This document shows positions 20,717 to 31,670 of a DNA stretch of 64,000 nucleotides, piece by piece. The stretch lies in NCBI GenBank assembly GCA_963851265.1, contig CAWKNZ010000006.1:140130-204129 (forward strand), in the 5' to 3' direction. The position numbers were made by a program, and so were the translations under genes. The notes under the pieces are model-generated. The model was given only the letters and a program-made list of their open reading frames with translations, did not search any database and was not told the DNA's origin. How positions within the stretch are numbered: position 1 is the stretch's first letter; every line of letters starts with the position of its first letter. This DNA comes from an uncultured Gemmatimonadales bacterium. GTDB taxonomy: Bacteria; Gemmatimonadota; Gemmatimonadetes; Gemmatimonadales; Gemmatimonadaceae.

Positions 20717-21973
20717 ATGCAGACCACCGATCTCGCGTCCGACGCGATCTTCGCGGCACGTCGCCGCGCCCTCGAGACCGCCCACGAAGCGCTCGTCTCG
20801 CGCGTCAACGAGCGGATCACGGACGACCGCGGCGTGGTCGACCGCTACCGCCGGCCGGCGCTGACGGCCGCGCACACGCCGCCGGCCTGGCGCTACGACT
20901 TCGACCCCGCGACGAACCCGCGGCTGCTCGAGCGCATGGGGATCAACGCGGTGTTCAACCCCGGGGCCATCAAGCACGACGGGCGCTACCTGATGGTCGC
21001 GCGCGTGGAGGGGGTCGACCGCAAGTCGTTCTTCGCGGTGGCCGAGAGCCCGAACGGCGTGGACGGCTGGCGCTTCTGGGACTACCCGGTGCGGATGCCC
21101 GAAACGGACGAGCCGGACGTGAACGTGTACGACATGCGCCTGACCGCGCACGAGGACGGCTGGGTGTACGGCGTGTTCTGCACCGAGCGCAAGGACCCGC
21201 GCGCGCCGCACGACCCGTCGGCGGCGGTCGCGCAGGCAGGCATCGCGCGCACGCGCGACCTGGTCACGTGGGAGCGGCTGCCCGACCTCGTGACGCGCTC
21301 GGAGCAGCAGCGGAACGTGGTGCTGCACCCCGAGTTCGTGGCCGGCACGTACGCGTTCTATACACGCCCGCAGGACAGCTTCATCGAGGCGGGTTCGGGC
21401 GGCGGGATCGGGTGGGGGCTGTGTGACGACATCACCCGGCCCGTGGTGCGCGACGCAGGGATCGTGGACGGGCGCGTGTACCACACGATCAAGGAGGCCA
21501 AGAACGGGCAGGGGCCGCCGCCGATCCGCACGCCCGCGGGGTGGCTGCACCTCGCGCACGGGGTGCGCAACACGGCCGCGGGGCTGCGCTACGTCCTGTA
21601 CCTGTTCGTGACCGACCTCGCCGAGCCGTGGCGCGTGACGCACGCGCCCGCGGGGTACCTCATCGCGCCCGAGCACGACGAGCGCGTGGGCGACGTGTCC
21701 AACGTCGTGTTCGCGAACGGGTGGATCGCCGACGACGACGGGACGGTGTTCATCTACTACGCGTCGAGCGACACGCGCGTGCACGTCGCGACGAGCGACG
21801 TCGAACGGCTCGTCGACTACGCGCTGCACACGCCACCCGACCCGCTGCGCTCCGCCGCGTGCGTGGAGCAGCGGTACGCGCTCATCGCGCGCAACCTCGG
21901 CCACGCGTCGGGCGGCGGTGCCGGCATGGCGGTCGCAGGCGCGGTGGCGAACGGCACCGGGTCGGACGCATGA
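20717..21973 (+). CDS. GH130 4-O-beta-D-mannosyl-D-glucose phosphorylase
   Basis: [48 protein letters not shown] and [11 protein letters not shown]. Sits next to the epimerase and GH26. Confidence 0.9.
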   Translation: MQTTDLASDAIFAARRRALETAHEALVSRVNERITDDRGVVDRYRRPALTAAHTPPAWRYDFDPATNPRLLERMGINAVFNPGAIKHDGRYLMVARVEGVDRKSFFAVAESPNGVDGWRFWDYPVRMPETDEPDVNVYDMRLTAHEDGWVYGVFCTERKDPRAPHDPSAAVAQAGIARTRDLVTWERLPDLVTRSEQQRNVVLHPEFVAGTYAFYTRPQDSFIEAGSGGGIGWGLCDDITRPVVRDAGIVDGRVYHTIKEAKNGQGPPPIRTPAGWLHLAHGVRNTAAGLRYVLYLFVTDLAEPWRVTHAPAGYLIAPEHDERVGDVSNVVFANGWIADDDGTVFIYYASSDTRVHVATSDVERLVDYALHTPPDPLRSAACVEQRYALIARNLGHASGGGAGMAVAGAVANGTGSDA

Positions 21974-23298
21974 GCGCGGGCACGGCGCCCGTGGCGCCCG
22001 CGGTGCGCCGCGACGACGCGCCGGGAAGCGCCGCCGCCCTAGGCGCGTTGCGCGCGGCGATGGCGCGCGAGCTGCGCGACGGGATCCTCCCCTACTGGAC
22101 GGCGCACGCGATGGACGAGCGCCACGGCGGGTTCGTCGGGTACGTCGACGGCGACGACGTGCCGGACCCGAACGCGCCCAAGGGCGCGATCCTCAACGCA
22201 CGGATTCTCTGGACCTTCTCGGCCGCCCACCGGGCGTCAGGCGGCGACGCGGAGCGCGCCGTCGCGGGTCGCGCCGCGCGCTTCGTGCGCGAGCGGCTGA
22301 CCGACCCCGTCCACGGCGGCGTGTACTGGATGGTGGAAGCGGACGGGTCGCCGCGCGACGCGCGCAAGCACGTGTACGCGCAGGCGTTCGCGATCTACGC
22401 GCTGAGCGAGCACCACCGCGCAACGGGTGACGAGGAGAGCCTGCGCGAGGCCATCACGCTGTTCCGGCTCGTCGAGCGGCACGCACACGACCCGGTGTAC
22501 GGCGGGTACGAGGAGGCATTCACGCGCGAGTGGGCGCGGCTGGACGACGTGCGGCTGAGCGACGAGGACGCGGACGAGCGCAAGAGCATGAACACGCACC
22601 TGCACGTGCTCGAGGCGTACGCGGGGCTGTACCGCGTCTGGCCCGACGCGCTGCTGCGCGAGCGGCTGGGCGAGGTGGTCGACCTGTTCGCCACGCGCAT
22701 CGTCGACCCGCGCGCGCCGCACCTGCGGCTGTTCTTCGACGCGGACTGGACGCCGAAGTCGGACGTGGTGTCGTACGGGCACGACGTCGAGGCGAGCTGG
22801 CTCCTCCGCGAGGCGGCGGAGGTGCACGGCGACGCGGCGCTCCGCGCGCGCGTGCAGCCGGCCTGCATGGCGCTCGCGACCGCCGTGCGCGACGAGGCGT
22901 TCGACGCCGAGTTCGGCGGGATCTTCTACGAGGCGCGGCCGGGACGGCCGCCCGAGACCTACAAGGAGTGGTGGGTGCAAGCTGAGGCGATCGTCGGGTT
23001 CGTCGACGCGTGGCGCGAGACGGGCGATGCGGCGTTTCTGCGCGCCGCGCACGAAACGTGGGGGTTCACGGACCGGCACCTCGTCGACCACGCACACGGG
23101 GAGTGGTACCGCCGCACCGCGCGCGACGGTGCGCGTCTGCGCGGCTTCGAGAAGATCGGGCCGTGGAAGTGCTGCTACCACAACGCGCGCGCGTGCCTCG
23201 AGGTGATCGCGCGCGCCGACGCCACGCTGCCGGGCGTGGTGCCGGGCGTGGTGCCGGGCGCGACGTCGGCGGCCGGGCGCGAGGCGGTGCCGGCATGA
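21970..23298 (+). CDS. Cellobiose/mannobiose 2-epimerase (AGE family)
   Basis: [54 protein letters not shown] and [13 protein letters not shown] overlap with the upstream gene. Confidence 0.92.
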   Translation: MSAGTAPVAPAVRRDDAPGSAAALGALRAAMARELRDGILPYWTAHAMDERHGGFVGYVDGDDVPDPNAPKGAILNARILWTFSAAHRASGGDAERAVAGRAARFVRERLTDPVHGGVYWMVEADGSPRDARKHVYAQAFAIYALSEHHRATGDEESLREAITLFRLVERHAHDPVYGGYEEAFTREWARLDDVRLSDEDADERKSMNTHLHVLEAYAGLYRVWPDALLRERLGEVVDLFATRIVDPRAPHLRLFFDADWTPKSDVVSYGHDVEASWLLREAAEVHGDAALRARVQPACMALATAVRDEAFDAEFGGIFYEARPGRPPETYKEWWVQAEAIVGFVDAWRETGDAAFLRAAHETWGFTDRHLVDHAHGEWYRRTARDGARLRGFEKIGPWKCCYHNARACLEVIARADATLPGVVPGVVPGATSAAGREAVPA

Positions 23299-24503
23299 GG
23301 CGGCGGGCATCGGGCTTGTTGCTCGCGGGCGCGCTGGCCGCGGGCGGGTTCGCGGCGGGCGCGTGTGCCGGCCGGGGACGGCCGGCGGCCGCGGCTCCGA
23401 CTAACGACGTCGTCGCGGGCGCGACGGCGCGCGCGGCCCGCACGGTCGACCCGCGCGCGACGGCCGAGACGCGCGCGCTGTTCGCCAACCTGCGCGGACT
23501 CGCCGGCCGGCGCATCCTGTTCGGACACCACGACGACCTCGCGTACGGCCACACGTGGGTCGACCAACCGGGGCGGTCGGACGTCAAGGAGGCCGGCGGC
23601 GCGTACCCGGCCCTGTACGAGTGGGACCTCTCGAACGTCGAGCGCGACCTGGCGGTCAACATCGACCACATCCCGTTCGCGCGCGTGCGCGGGTGGATCG
23701 TCGAGCGGTACGGGCGCGGGGACGTGAACGTGCTGAGCTGGCACGTGAACAATCCCGTGTCGGGCGGGAACGCGTGGGACACGACCGCCGCGGTGGCCGA
23801 CGTGCTTCCCGGCGGCGCGCGGCACGCGCAGTACGCGCGGTGGCTGGACGGCGTCGCGACGTTCGTGACGAGCTTGCGCGCGCCCGGCGCCGGCGGGACG
23901 TTAGTCCCGGTCGTGTTCCGCCCGTTTCACGAGATGAGCGGGGGCTGGTTCTGGTGGGGCGCCCGCCACGCGACGCCCGAGCAGTACAAGCAGCTCTGGG
24001 CGTTCACGGTCACGTACCTGCGCGACGTGAAGGGCGTGCACAACGTGCTCTACGCGTACTCGCCGGACGTCTTCGACTCGCCCGACGCCTACCTCGCGCG
24101 CTACCCGGGCGACGCGTACGTCGACGTGCTGGGGTACGACGACTACCAGAGCGTGCGCTCGCCCGCGACGCGCGCGACCATGACCGAGCGCATGCGGACG
24201 GTCGTGCGGCTCGCGGCCGAGCGCGGCAAGGTCGCCGCGCTCACCGAAACCGGCGTCGAGGGCGTGCCCGACTCGCTGTGGTGGACCGGCACGCTCCTCC
24301 CCGCGCTCGCGCAGGACTCGCTCACGCGACGCCTCGCGTGGGTGTCGGTGTGGCGCAACGCGCCGACCTCGCCCGAGCACCCGCACCACTTTTACGCGCC
24401 GTACGCCGGGCAGGCGAGCGCGCCCGATTTCGCGCGCTTCCGGCGGGACCCCCTGATGGCGTTCGAGGGAGACGTGCCCGACCTCTACCGCGCGCCGCGA
24501 TGA
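23295..24503 (+). CDS. GH26 endo-beta-1,4-mannanase, lipoprotein
   Basis: Lipobox AGAC, FRPFHEMSGGWFWWG (acid/base), YPGDAYVDVLGYD and ALTETG (nucleophile). ATGA overlap with the upstream gene. Confidence 0.92.
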   Translation: MRRRASGLLLAGALAAGGFAAGACAGRGRPAAAAPTNDVVAGATARAARTVDPRATAETRALFANLRGLAGRRILFGHHDDLAYGHTWVDQPGRSDVKEAGGAYPALYEWDLSNVERDLAVNIDHIPFARVRGWIVERYGRGDVNVLSWHVNNPVSGGNAWDTTAAVADVLPGGARHAQYARWLDGVATFVTSLRAPGAGGTLVPVVFRPFHEMSGGWFWWGARHATPEQYKQLWAFTVTYLRDVKGVHNVLYAYSPDVFDSPDAYLARYPGDAYVDVLGYDDYQSVRSPATRATMTERMRTVVRLAAERGKVAALTETGVEGVPDSLWWTGTLLPALAQDSLTRRLAWVSVWRNAPTSPEHPHHFYAPYAGQASAPDFARFRRDPLMAFEGDVPDLYRAPR

Positions 24504-24613
24504 TCGGTCGCGGGTCGTTACTGGCCCCGTCCTCCGGACTGGCCGGCGGCGTGATCGACGGCGTGACCCGGTAGAGCCCGACTCGCGCACCCCTCTTCAA
24601 CCCGCCCCCGATC

Positions 24614-26896
24614 GTGTCCGCCACTGCAGTCGCCCCCACCCCGGAACGCCCCGTCCCACTCCGCGATGATGGGCGCGAGGCCGGCGCGTCGCGCGCGCGG
24701 GTCGACGCCCTCCTCGCACGCATGACGCTCGAGGAGAAGGTGGGGCAGATGACGCAGATCAACCTCGGCGTGATTGCCGCCCCCGCCGCCGACCAGCGCC
24801 CCGGGCGCGTGACGCTCGACCGGCGCAAGCTCCGCGAGGCGCTCGTCACGCGGAACGTCGGCTCGATCATCAACGTGCTCGACGCGGCCCTGCCCGCCGA
24901 GGGGTGGCACGCCCTCGTCCGCGAGGTGCAGGACGTGGCGCTGCACGAGACGCGCCTCGGGGTGCCGGTGCTCTACGGCATCGATTTCGTGCACGGCGCG
25001 AATTACACGCAGGGCGGGACCATATTTCCGCACAACGTCGCGATGGGTGCGACGTTCGACGTGGCCCTCGCGCGCCGCGCGGGTGAAGTCACCGGGGCGG
25101 AGGCGCGGGCGTCGGGGCTGCCGTGGAACTTCGCGCCCGTGCTGGACGTGGGGCGCCAGCCGCTGTGGCCGCGCTTCTACGAAACGTTCGGCGAGGACCC
25201 GCTCGTGGCCGCGCGGCTCGGCTCGGCGTTCCTCGCCGGATCGCAGGCGGCGGGCGTCGCCGGCACCATGAAGCACTACCTCGGCTACGGCGCGCCGCGC
25301 TCGGGGCGCGACCGCACGCCGCCCGCGCTCACCGAGCGCGAGGTGCGCGAGGTGATCCTGCCTCCGTTCCGCGCGGCGGTGGCCGCGGGGGCGCGGACCG
25401 TGATGGTCAACTCGGGCGAGATCGATGGCGAGCCCGTGCACGCGAGCCGCCACTGGCTGATCGACGTCCTGCGCGGCGAACTCGGGTTCGACGGCGTCGT
25501 CGTCACCGATTGGGAAGACATCATCTTCCTCCACACCCGGCACCGCGTCGCGGCCACGACGAAGGACGCCGTGCGCATGGCGATCGAGGCGGGGATCGAC
25601 ATGAGCATGACACCCCACGAGTTCGGCTTCGTGGACGACCTGATCGCCCTCGTACACGAGGGCGCGGTCCCCGAGCGGCGCGTGGACGAGAGCGTGAGGC
25701 GAATCCTCCTGCTGAAGGCCGACGTCGGGCTGCTCGACCGGCCGTACCCGGACGCATCACTCGCCGCGCAGATCGGGACGCCCGAGGCCCGCGCGGTCGC
25801 GCGCCACGCCGCGCGCGACGCGATCACCCTGCTCAAGAACGACGGCGTCGCAGCCGGTGCGGCTCCGGTGCTGCCGCTCGCGCCCGGCGCGCGCGTGCTC
25901 GTCACCGGGCCGGCGGCGCACTCGCTCGCCGCGCTCAACGGCGGGTGGACGTACACGTGGCAGGGCACCGAGCCGTGGCGGTTCCCGGCGGGGGTGCCGT
26001 CGCTGCTCGACGCCATCCGCTACCACACCGACGCCGTGCGCTTCGTCGGCAACGCCGACGCGCGCGCCGCGTTCGCCGACCCGACCGACGTCGAGATTGC
26101 CGCCGCGGTGGCCGCCGCCCGCGACGTCGACGTCGCGATCGTCGCGCTCGGCGAGTCCGGGTACGCCGAGTGGGTCGGCGACATCAGCGACCTCACCCTG
26201 TCGCCCGCGCAGCTCCGTCTCGCCCAGGCGGTCCAGGCGACCGGCGTCCCTACGGTGCTCGTGCTGCTCGAAGGACGCCCTCGCCTGGTGCGCGACGTCG
26301 TGCCGGGGGCGGCGGCGGTCGTGATCGGCTACTGGCCCGGCATGGACGGCGCCGAAGCCGTCGCCGACGTGCTGTTCGGCGCCGTGAACCCGAGTGGGCG
26401 GCTGCCCTTCACGTACCCGAAGTGGCCCAACGCCCTCGCCACCTACGACCACAAGTTCACCGAGACGCTGGACATTGGCCTGACGCGTGCGTCGGGCGGG
26501 TTCGACCCGCAGTTCGAATTCGGGCACGGGCTGAGCTACACCACGTTCGGCTACGAGCAGCTGACGCTCGACCGCGACGCGATCGGCCGTGAGGAGCTGG
26601 TGCGGGGGGCGCGGGTGGCGGTCTCGGTGACCGTGACCAATACTGGGGGGCGCGCGGGCAAGGAGAGCGTCTTGCTCTTCATGCGCCAGCGCTACGCCAC
26701 GATCACGCCGCCGGTGCGTCGGCTGCGCGGGTTCGAGAAGGTCGAGCTCGCGCCCGGCGCTTCACGCACCGTCCACGTCGCGCTCGCGGTTGACGACTTC
26801 TCGTACGTCGGCCGCGACGGCCGCGACGTGCTCGAAGCCGGCGCGTTCGACGTGATGGTCGGCGGCCTCACGCACAGCATCGAGGTGACACGATGA
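24614..26896 (+). CDS. GH3 beta-glucosidase
   Basis: MTLEEKVGQMTQ, DFVHG, ETFGEDP, MKHY, VTDWED, NPSGRLPFT, FGHGLSYTTF and an Fn3-like tail. No evident signal peptide. Confidence 0.92.
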   Translation: MSATAVAPTPERPVPLRDDGREAGASRARVDALLARMTLEEKVGQMTQINLGVIAAPAADQRPGRVTLDRRKLREALVTRNVGSIINVLDAALPAEGWHALVREVQDVALHETRLGVPVLYGIDFVHGANYTQGGTIFPHNVAMGATFDVALARRAGEVTGAEARASGLPWNFAPVLDVGRQPLWPRFYETFGEDPLVAARLGSAFLAGSQAAGVAGTMKHYLGYGAPRSGRDRTPPALTEREVREVILPPFRAAVAAGARTVMVNSGEIDGEPVHASRHWLIDVLRGELGFDGVVVTDWEDIIFLHTRHRVAATTKDAVRMAIEAGIDMSMTPHEFGFVDDLIALVHEGAVPERRVDESVRRILLLKADVGLLDRPYPDASLAAQIGTPEARAVARHAARDAITLLKNDGVAAGAAPVLPLAPGARVLVTGPAAHSLAALNGGWTYTWQGTEPWRFPAGVPSLLDAIRYHTDAVRFVGNADARAAFADPTDVEIAAAVAAARDVDVAIVALGESGYAEWVGDISDLTLSPAQLRLAQAVQATGVPTVLVLLEGRPRLVRDVVPGAAAVVIGYWPGMDGAEAVADVLFGAVNPSGRLPFTYPKWPNALATYDHKFTETLDIGLTRASGGFDPQFEFGHGLSYTTFGYEQLTLDRDAIGREELVRGARVAVSVTVTNTGGRAGKESVLLFMRQRYATITPPVRRLRGFEKVELAPGASRTVHVALAVDDFSYVGRDGRDVLEAGAFDVMVGGLTHSIEVTR

Positions 26897-28176
26897 ACCG
26901 CATGGTTGTCCAACGCTCGCGGGTGGGGCGCGTCGTACGCCTGACCGCCGCCTTCCTCGCGGTCGTCCTCGTGGCGCTCGCCGGACCGCTCGCGGGCGCG
27001 GCCGGGGCGCAGAAGTTCGAGCACCTCGCGCAGACCCCGCCCATGGGGTGGAACAGCTGGAACAAGTTCGCCTGCAACGTGAGCGAGCAGCTGATCCGCG
27101 AGACGGCGGACGCGATGGTCACGTCGGGGATGCGCGACGCCGGCTACCAGTACGTCAACATCGACGACTGCTGGCACGGCGCGCGCGACAGCGCGGGCTT
27201 CATCCAGGTCGACGCCGCTCGGTTCCCGTCGGGAATGAAGGCGCTCGCCGACTACGTCCACGCGAAGGGCCTCAAGCTCGGCATCTATTCGGACGCGGGG
27301 TGGAAGACGTGCGGGGGACGGCCGGGAAGCCGCGGGCACGAGTACCAGGACGCGCTCACGTACGCACGCTGGGGCGTGGACTACCTCAAGTACGACTGGT
27401 GCAATACCGACTCGCTCAAGGCGCAGGGCGCGTACATCACGATGCGCGAGGCGCTCCGCGCGGCCGGGCGGCCGATCGTCTTCAGCCTGTGCGAGTGGGG
27501 CACCGCGCAGCCGTGGACGTGGGCCGCGTCGGTGGGCCACCTCTGGCGCACGACCACCGACATCACCAACTGCTTCGACTGCGTTCGCAACTACGGGGCG
27601 TGGGCGCCGGCGAGCGTGCTCACGATCCTCGACAAGCAGAAGGAGCTGCGGCAGTACGCGGGCCCGGACCACTGGAACGACCCCGACATGCTGGAAGTCG
27701 GGAACGGGATGACGGCTGGCGAGGACCGCGCGCACTTCGCGATGTGGGCCATGCTCGCGGCGCCGCTCATCACCGGAACCGACCTGCGCAGCATGCCGGC
27801 CGAGACGCGCGCGCTGCTCACCAACCGCGGGCTGATCGCGGTGGACCAGGACTCGTTAGGCGTTCAGGGCTTCGCGTCGCGCTCCACGCCGGACGGCGTC
27901 GAGGTGTGGCTCAAGCCGCTCGCGGGTGGGGACTGGGCGGTCGCGGTGCTCAACCGCTCGCTCGAGCCGCGCCGCGTGACGTACGACTGGCGCCGCGACG
28001 GCGTGGCCGATGGCCTCACGCACCACTCGGCGGACTTCGCGGCCCACACGTACCGCGTGCGCGACCTGATCGCGGGGCGCGACCGGGGGACGACGGCCAC
28101 CGCGCTCGTCGCGGACGTCCCCGCCCACGACGTGCTGGTGCTGCGCCTCAGCGCGCGGGAGACCGCGTCGCGCTGA
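26893..28176 (+). CDS. GH27 alpha-galactosidase
   Basis: TPPMGWNSWN, NIDDCW, WGVDYLKYDWC, LWRTTTDI and WNDPDMLEVGN, plus a signal peptide. Confidence 0.95.
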   Translation: MNRMVVQRSRVGRVVRLTAAFLAVVLVALAGPLAGAAGAQKFEHLAQTPPMGWNSWNKFACNVSEQLIRETADAMVTSGMRDAGYQYVNIDDCWHGARDSAGFIQVDAARFPSGMKALADYVHAKGLKLGIYSDAGWKTCGGRPGSRGHEYQDALTYARWGVDYLKYDWCNTDSLKAQGAYITMREALRAAGRPIVFSLCEWGTAQPWTWAASVGHLWRTTTDITNCFDCVRNYGAWAPASVLTILDKQKELRQYAGPDHWNDPDMLEVGNGMTAGEDRAHFAMWAMLAAPLITGTDLRSMPAETRALLTNRGLIAVDQDSLGVQGFASRSTPDGVEVWLKPLAGGDWAVAVLNRSLEPRRVTYDWRRDGVADGLTHHSADFAAHTYRVRDLIAGRDRGTTATALVADVPAHDVLVLRLSARETASR

Positions 28177-29497
28177 CGTGGTCGAAGATGTACCGGTCGA
28201 GAAACGCGTTGCGGAACTTGCCCTCGGGGTCGTGCGCCGCGAGCAGCGCGCGGAAGTCGGGGAGCCGGTCGTAGAGCGCGGCGATCCGGGACGGCGGTAC
28301 GGTGAACAGCTTGCCCCAGTGCGGACGTGCGTCGAACGGTTCGAGGGCCGCCTCGATCGCGGGCAGCAGCGCACGCACCGCGGGCCAGTCGGGCGCCCAC
28401 GTGAAGTGGATGCTGATGCAGTCGCGCCCGCGGCAGGGGCTCATCCACAGGTCGTCCGCCGCCACGGTGCGCAACTCGGAGACGAGCACGAGCGGCGCGA
28501 TGCGCGCGCGCAGCGCGTCGACGGCCCGCAGCGCGTCGCGCGCGTGTTCGCGCGGCACCAGATAGTCGGTCTGCAGCTCGGCGCCGTTGCTCGGCGCGTA
28601 GTCCATGCGGAAGTGCGGCAGCCGGTCGTGCCACGGGCCGGGAAGGCCGAGCTGCTCGGTGCAGTTGGCGGGCGAGACGCCGAAGATGGGGTGGCGGTGG
28701 CCGGTGGCGGGCGTCGCCGCGCGCAGGGCCCGGGGGAGCGGGTGCGCGCCGTGCTCAGGGCGCCGCTTGAGCCACACCTGGTCAACGCGCGGACCTCGCC
28801 AGCGGGTGAACACGCTCACGCTGTAGGCGCTGCCCAGCACGTCGTCGAGCCCGGCCTCGAGTTCGGCGAGCGGAACGTCCTCGTACACGTGTTGCACGAG
28901 GTCGTACGCGGGGCGCACGTCCAGCGTGAGGCGTGTGACGACGCCGAGCCCGCCGAGTCCGACCACCGCGCCGCGGAACGCGTCGCCGTCGTGCTCGCGC
29001 GAGAGCGTGACCACGTCGCCCGTCGCGGTGACGAACTCCATTGCGGCCACGGCGGTGGCGAGGTTTGCGTTCTCGTCACCCGACCCATGCGTCGCGGTCG
29101 CGCACGCCCCCGCGACGGAGATGTGGGGCAGCGACGCGAGGTTGTGCAGCGCGTACCCCGCCTCGCTCAGCGCGCGCGCGAGCGTCCCGTAGCGGATGCC
29201 GCCCTCGACGGTCACGGTGCGCTGCGCCGGGTCGAGCGCCAGCACGCGATTCATGCGTTCGAGCGAGATCAAATCGCCGGTGGTGTCGGCGACGGCGTTG
29301 AAGGAGTGGCGTGAGCCGAGCACCTTGACGCGGGTCGCGCCGGCGACGATCGCCTGCACCTCGTCGACCGTTCGGGGGTGGTGCAGGCGGGCCGCCTGGT
29401 ACGTATAGTTGCCGGCCCAATTCGTCAGTGTCCCGTCAACCGCCTCCGCCGTCGCGCCTGTCACGATCGCCTGCTCCCCGGGGTTCGCGTCGTTCAT
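28148..29497 (-). CDS. FAD-linked oxidase, alditol/xylitol oxidase-like (ALO family)
   Basis: NWAGN, GSRHSFN (FAD-linking His), NLASLPHISVAGACATATHGSG and RPHWGK. Start estimated at ATG 29497. Confidence 0.88.
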   Translation of the reverse strand: MNDANPGEQAIVTGATAEAVDGTLTNWAGNYTYQAARLHHPRTVDEVQAIVAGATRVKVLGSRHSFNAVADTTGDLISLERMNRVLALDPAQRTVTVEGGIRYGTLARALSEAGYALHNLASLPHISVAGACATATHGSGDENANLATAVAAMEFVTATGDVVTLSREHDGDAFRGAVVGLGGLGVVTRLTLDVRPAYDLVQHVYEDVPLAELEAGLDDVLGSAYSVSVFTRWRGPRVDQVWLKRRPEHGAHPLPRALRAATPATGHRHPIFGVSPANCTEQLGLPGPWHDRLPHFRMDYAPSNGAELQTDYLVPREHARDALRAVDALRARIAPLVLVSELRTVAADDLWMSPCRGRDCISIHFTWAPDWPAVRALLPAIEAALEPFDARPHWGKLFTVPPSRIAALYDRLPDFRALLAAHDPEGKFRNAFLDRYIFDHVSATRSPAR

Positions 29498-29596
29498 GTC
29501 CGACCGTGCACCCGCCGACGCGCGGCACACCGCGGTACATCCATGAAGATTAGCCGAGCCGTTCGCGCGGTGGTGACGCCGGCACCGTGTTCCCTG

Positions 29597-30841
29597 ATGC
29601 CGAGGCGGACCGTGGTGTTCGCGATCGGTCTCGCCGTCGCGGCCGCGTTCGGCGCGGCGAGCCGTGCGCGCGCCCAACTCACGATCCGGCTCGCGGCGCT
29701 CCCGGCGCGAACGCCGGCGGGCGCCGTCGTGCACGTCGCCGGGACGTTCAACGGCTGGAACCCGGTGGCGAGCGACGCCGTACTCGCGCCGCAGGCGGAT
29801 GGCGCGTACGCGATCACGCTGCCGGCCGCGGTGCGCGGCCCGGTCGCATTCAAGTTCACGCTCGGCTCGTGGCGGAGCGTCGAGACGACCGTCGACGGGC
29901 GCGACGTGCCCAACCGGACGGTGGTGGTCCCCGCGTCCGGCGCCGCCACGTACGACGCGACGGTCGCCGGCTGGCGCGACAGCACCTCGACCGCTCCGCC
30001 GCCTGCGTCCACCGCATCGCCGTCGGTCTCGATCCTGAGCGACAGCTTTCCGATGCCGCAACTCGGGCGCCGGCGTCGCGTGTGGCTTTACCTGCCGCCG
30101 GACTACGCAACGTCGCGGGCGCGCTACCCGGTGCTCTACATGCAGGATGGGCAGAACGTGTTCGATGCGGCGACGAGTTTCGCGGGCGAGTGGGGCGTCG
30201 ACGAGACGCTCGATTCGCTGCAGGCGACCGGCGGGCGCGGCGCGATCGTCGTCGCGGTGGACAACGACGGCGCGCACCGGCTCGACGAGTACGACCCGTG
30301 GCGGAACGCGGACCCCGCGCTCGGTGGAGGCGAGGGCGACGCGTACGTCGACTTCCTCGCGCGCTCGCTCAAGCCCTACGTCGACGCGCACTACCGCACC
30401 CGCGCCGACCGGCTGCACACGGGCGTGGTCGGGTCGAGCCTCGGCGGGCTGATCGCGTTGTATGCGGCGCTCAAGTATCCGGGCGTGTTCGGGCGCGCGG
30501 GCGTGCTGTCGTGCGCGTGCTGGATCGCGAAGCCGCAGTTGCTCGCCTATGCGCGCAAGGCACGGCCGGCGCGACCGTACGCGCGGCTCTATTTCGTCGT
30601 CGGCGCTCGCGAGACCGCGGACGGGCAGCCCGCGCGCGACCAGCAGGCGGTCGTCGACACGCTCGTGGCCGCGGGATTCCCGGTCGGCGTGGCCGACACC
30701 TCGGTCGTGCGCGCGGACGGGCAGCACGCGGAGTGGTTCTGGCGGCGCGAATTCCCCGCGGCGTACGCGTGGCTGTTCGGCGCGGCGCCCGCGGCTACCA
30801 TACGTGCGCGGCGCCTCGTCCCGACTCCTCCACGTCACTGA
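29597..30841 (+). CDS. Secreted alpha/beta-hydrolase esterase with an N-terminal CBM-like Ig domain
   Basis: VHVAGTFNGWNP...FKFTLGSW N-domain, RYPVLYMQDGQN, GSSLGG nucleophile elbow and GQHAEWFW. Confidence 0.82.
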   Translation: MPRRTVVFAIGLAVAAAFGAASRARAQLTIRLAALPARTPAGAVVHVAGTFNGWNPVASDAVLAPQADGAYAITLPAAVRGPVAFKFTLGSWRSVETTVDGRDVPNRTVVVPASGAATYDATVAGWRDSTSTAPPPASTASPSVSILSDSFPMPQLGRRRRVWLYLPPDYATSRARYPVLYMQDGQNVFDAATSFAGEWGVDETLDSLQATGGRGAIVVAVDNDGAHRLDEYDPWRNADPALGGGEGDAYVDFLARSLKPYVDAHYRTRADRLHTGVVGSSLGGLIALYAALKYPGVFGRAGVLSCACWIAKPQLLAYARKARPARPYARLYFVVGARETADGQPARDQQAVVDTLVAAGFPVGVADTSVVRADGQHAEWFWRREFPAAYAWLFGAAPAATIRARRLVPTPPRH

Positions 30842-30844
30842 CCG

Positions 30845-31627
30845 ATGCATCGTCGTCACGCCATCCTCACTCCGCTCGCGGCGTCGCTCGCCGCGGCGGC
30901 CCTGCTCGCCGCCGCCGCGGCCGGCGCGCAGACGCCAGCGGCCGCGCCCGCAGCCGCGCCCGCTGCCACCTCCGCCGAACAGCGCTTGCACGACGACTGG
31001 GCCTATCTCGGGCGCTACCGCGGCGCGAACGCCGCGCTCTCCGCCCCCACATCGGGGGAGAACCGCGTGGTCTTCCTCGGCAACTCGATCACCGAGGCGT
31101 GGGCGCCGCTCTTCGCGCGGCAGTTCGCGGGCAAGCCGTACATCGGCCGTGGGATCAGCGGGCAGACCACGCCGCAGCTGCTCGTGCGGTTCCGACAGGA
31201 CGTGCTCGACCTGCACCCGCGCGCGGTCGTGATCCTCGCGGGGACCAACGACATCGCGGGCAACACCGGGTCCAGCACGCTCGAGATGATCGAGGCGAAC
31301 ATCGCGTCGATGGTCGACCTCGCGCGGGCGAACGACGTGCGCGTGGTGCTGTGTTCGGTGCTGCCCGTGTACGACTACCCCTGGCGGCCGGGGCTCACGC
31401 CGGCGCCGAAGATCATCGCGCTGAACGCGTGGCTGCGCGACTACGCGCACCGGCGCGGGCTGGTGTACGCCGACTTCCACACGCCGATGGCCGATGCGCG
31501 CGGCGGGCTACCGGACAGCCTCGCCGCGGACGGCGTGCACCCCACCGCGGCGGGGTACGCGGTGATGGCGCCGATCGTCGAGCGGGCGATCGCCGAGGCA
31601 CTCGGGCCGGCGGGCGCGGCACGCTGA
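30845..31627 (+). CDS. SGNH/GDSL hydrolase family protein, secreted
   Basis: FLGNSITE (block I), GISGQTT, GTNDIAGN and DGVHP. Confidence 0.9.
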   Translation: MHRRHAILTPLAASLAAAALLAAAAAGAQTPAAAPAAAPAATSAEQRLHDDWAYLGRYRGANAALSAPTSGENRVVFLGNSITEAWAPLFARQFAGKPYIGRGISGQTTPQLLVRFRQDVLDLHPRAVVILAGTNDIAGNTGSSTLEMIEANIASMVDLARANDVRVVLCSVLPVYDYPWRPGLTPAPKIIALNAWLRDYAHRRGLVYADFHTPMADARGGLPDSLAADGVHPTAAGYAVMAPIVERAIAEALGPAGAAR

Positions 31628-31670
31628 CGCGCCGCGCTGACGCGCCGCGCGGGGCGGCGCGTCGCGTCAG
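31623..31670. terminator. Probable bidirectional hairpin between convergent genes
   Basis: Direct repeat GCTGACGCGCCGC followed by the inverted GCGGCGCGTC...GTCAG, spanning both stop codons. Confidence 0.4.

Noticed and set aside
23227..23260. 12-bp tandem repeat GCCGGGCGTGGT encoding [11 protein letters not shown] at the epimerase C-terminus
   Set aside because: A short in-frame slippage repeat in a non-conserved tail, with no phase-variation potential.
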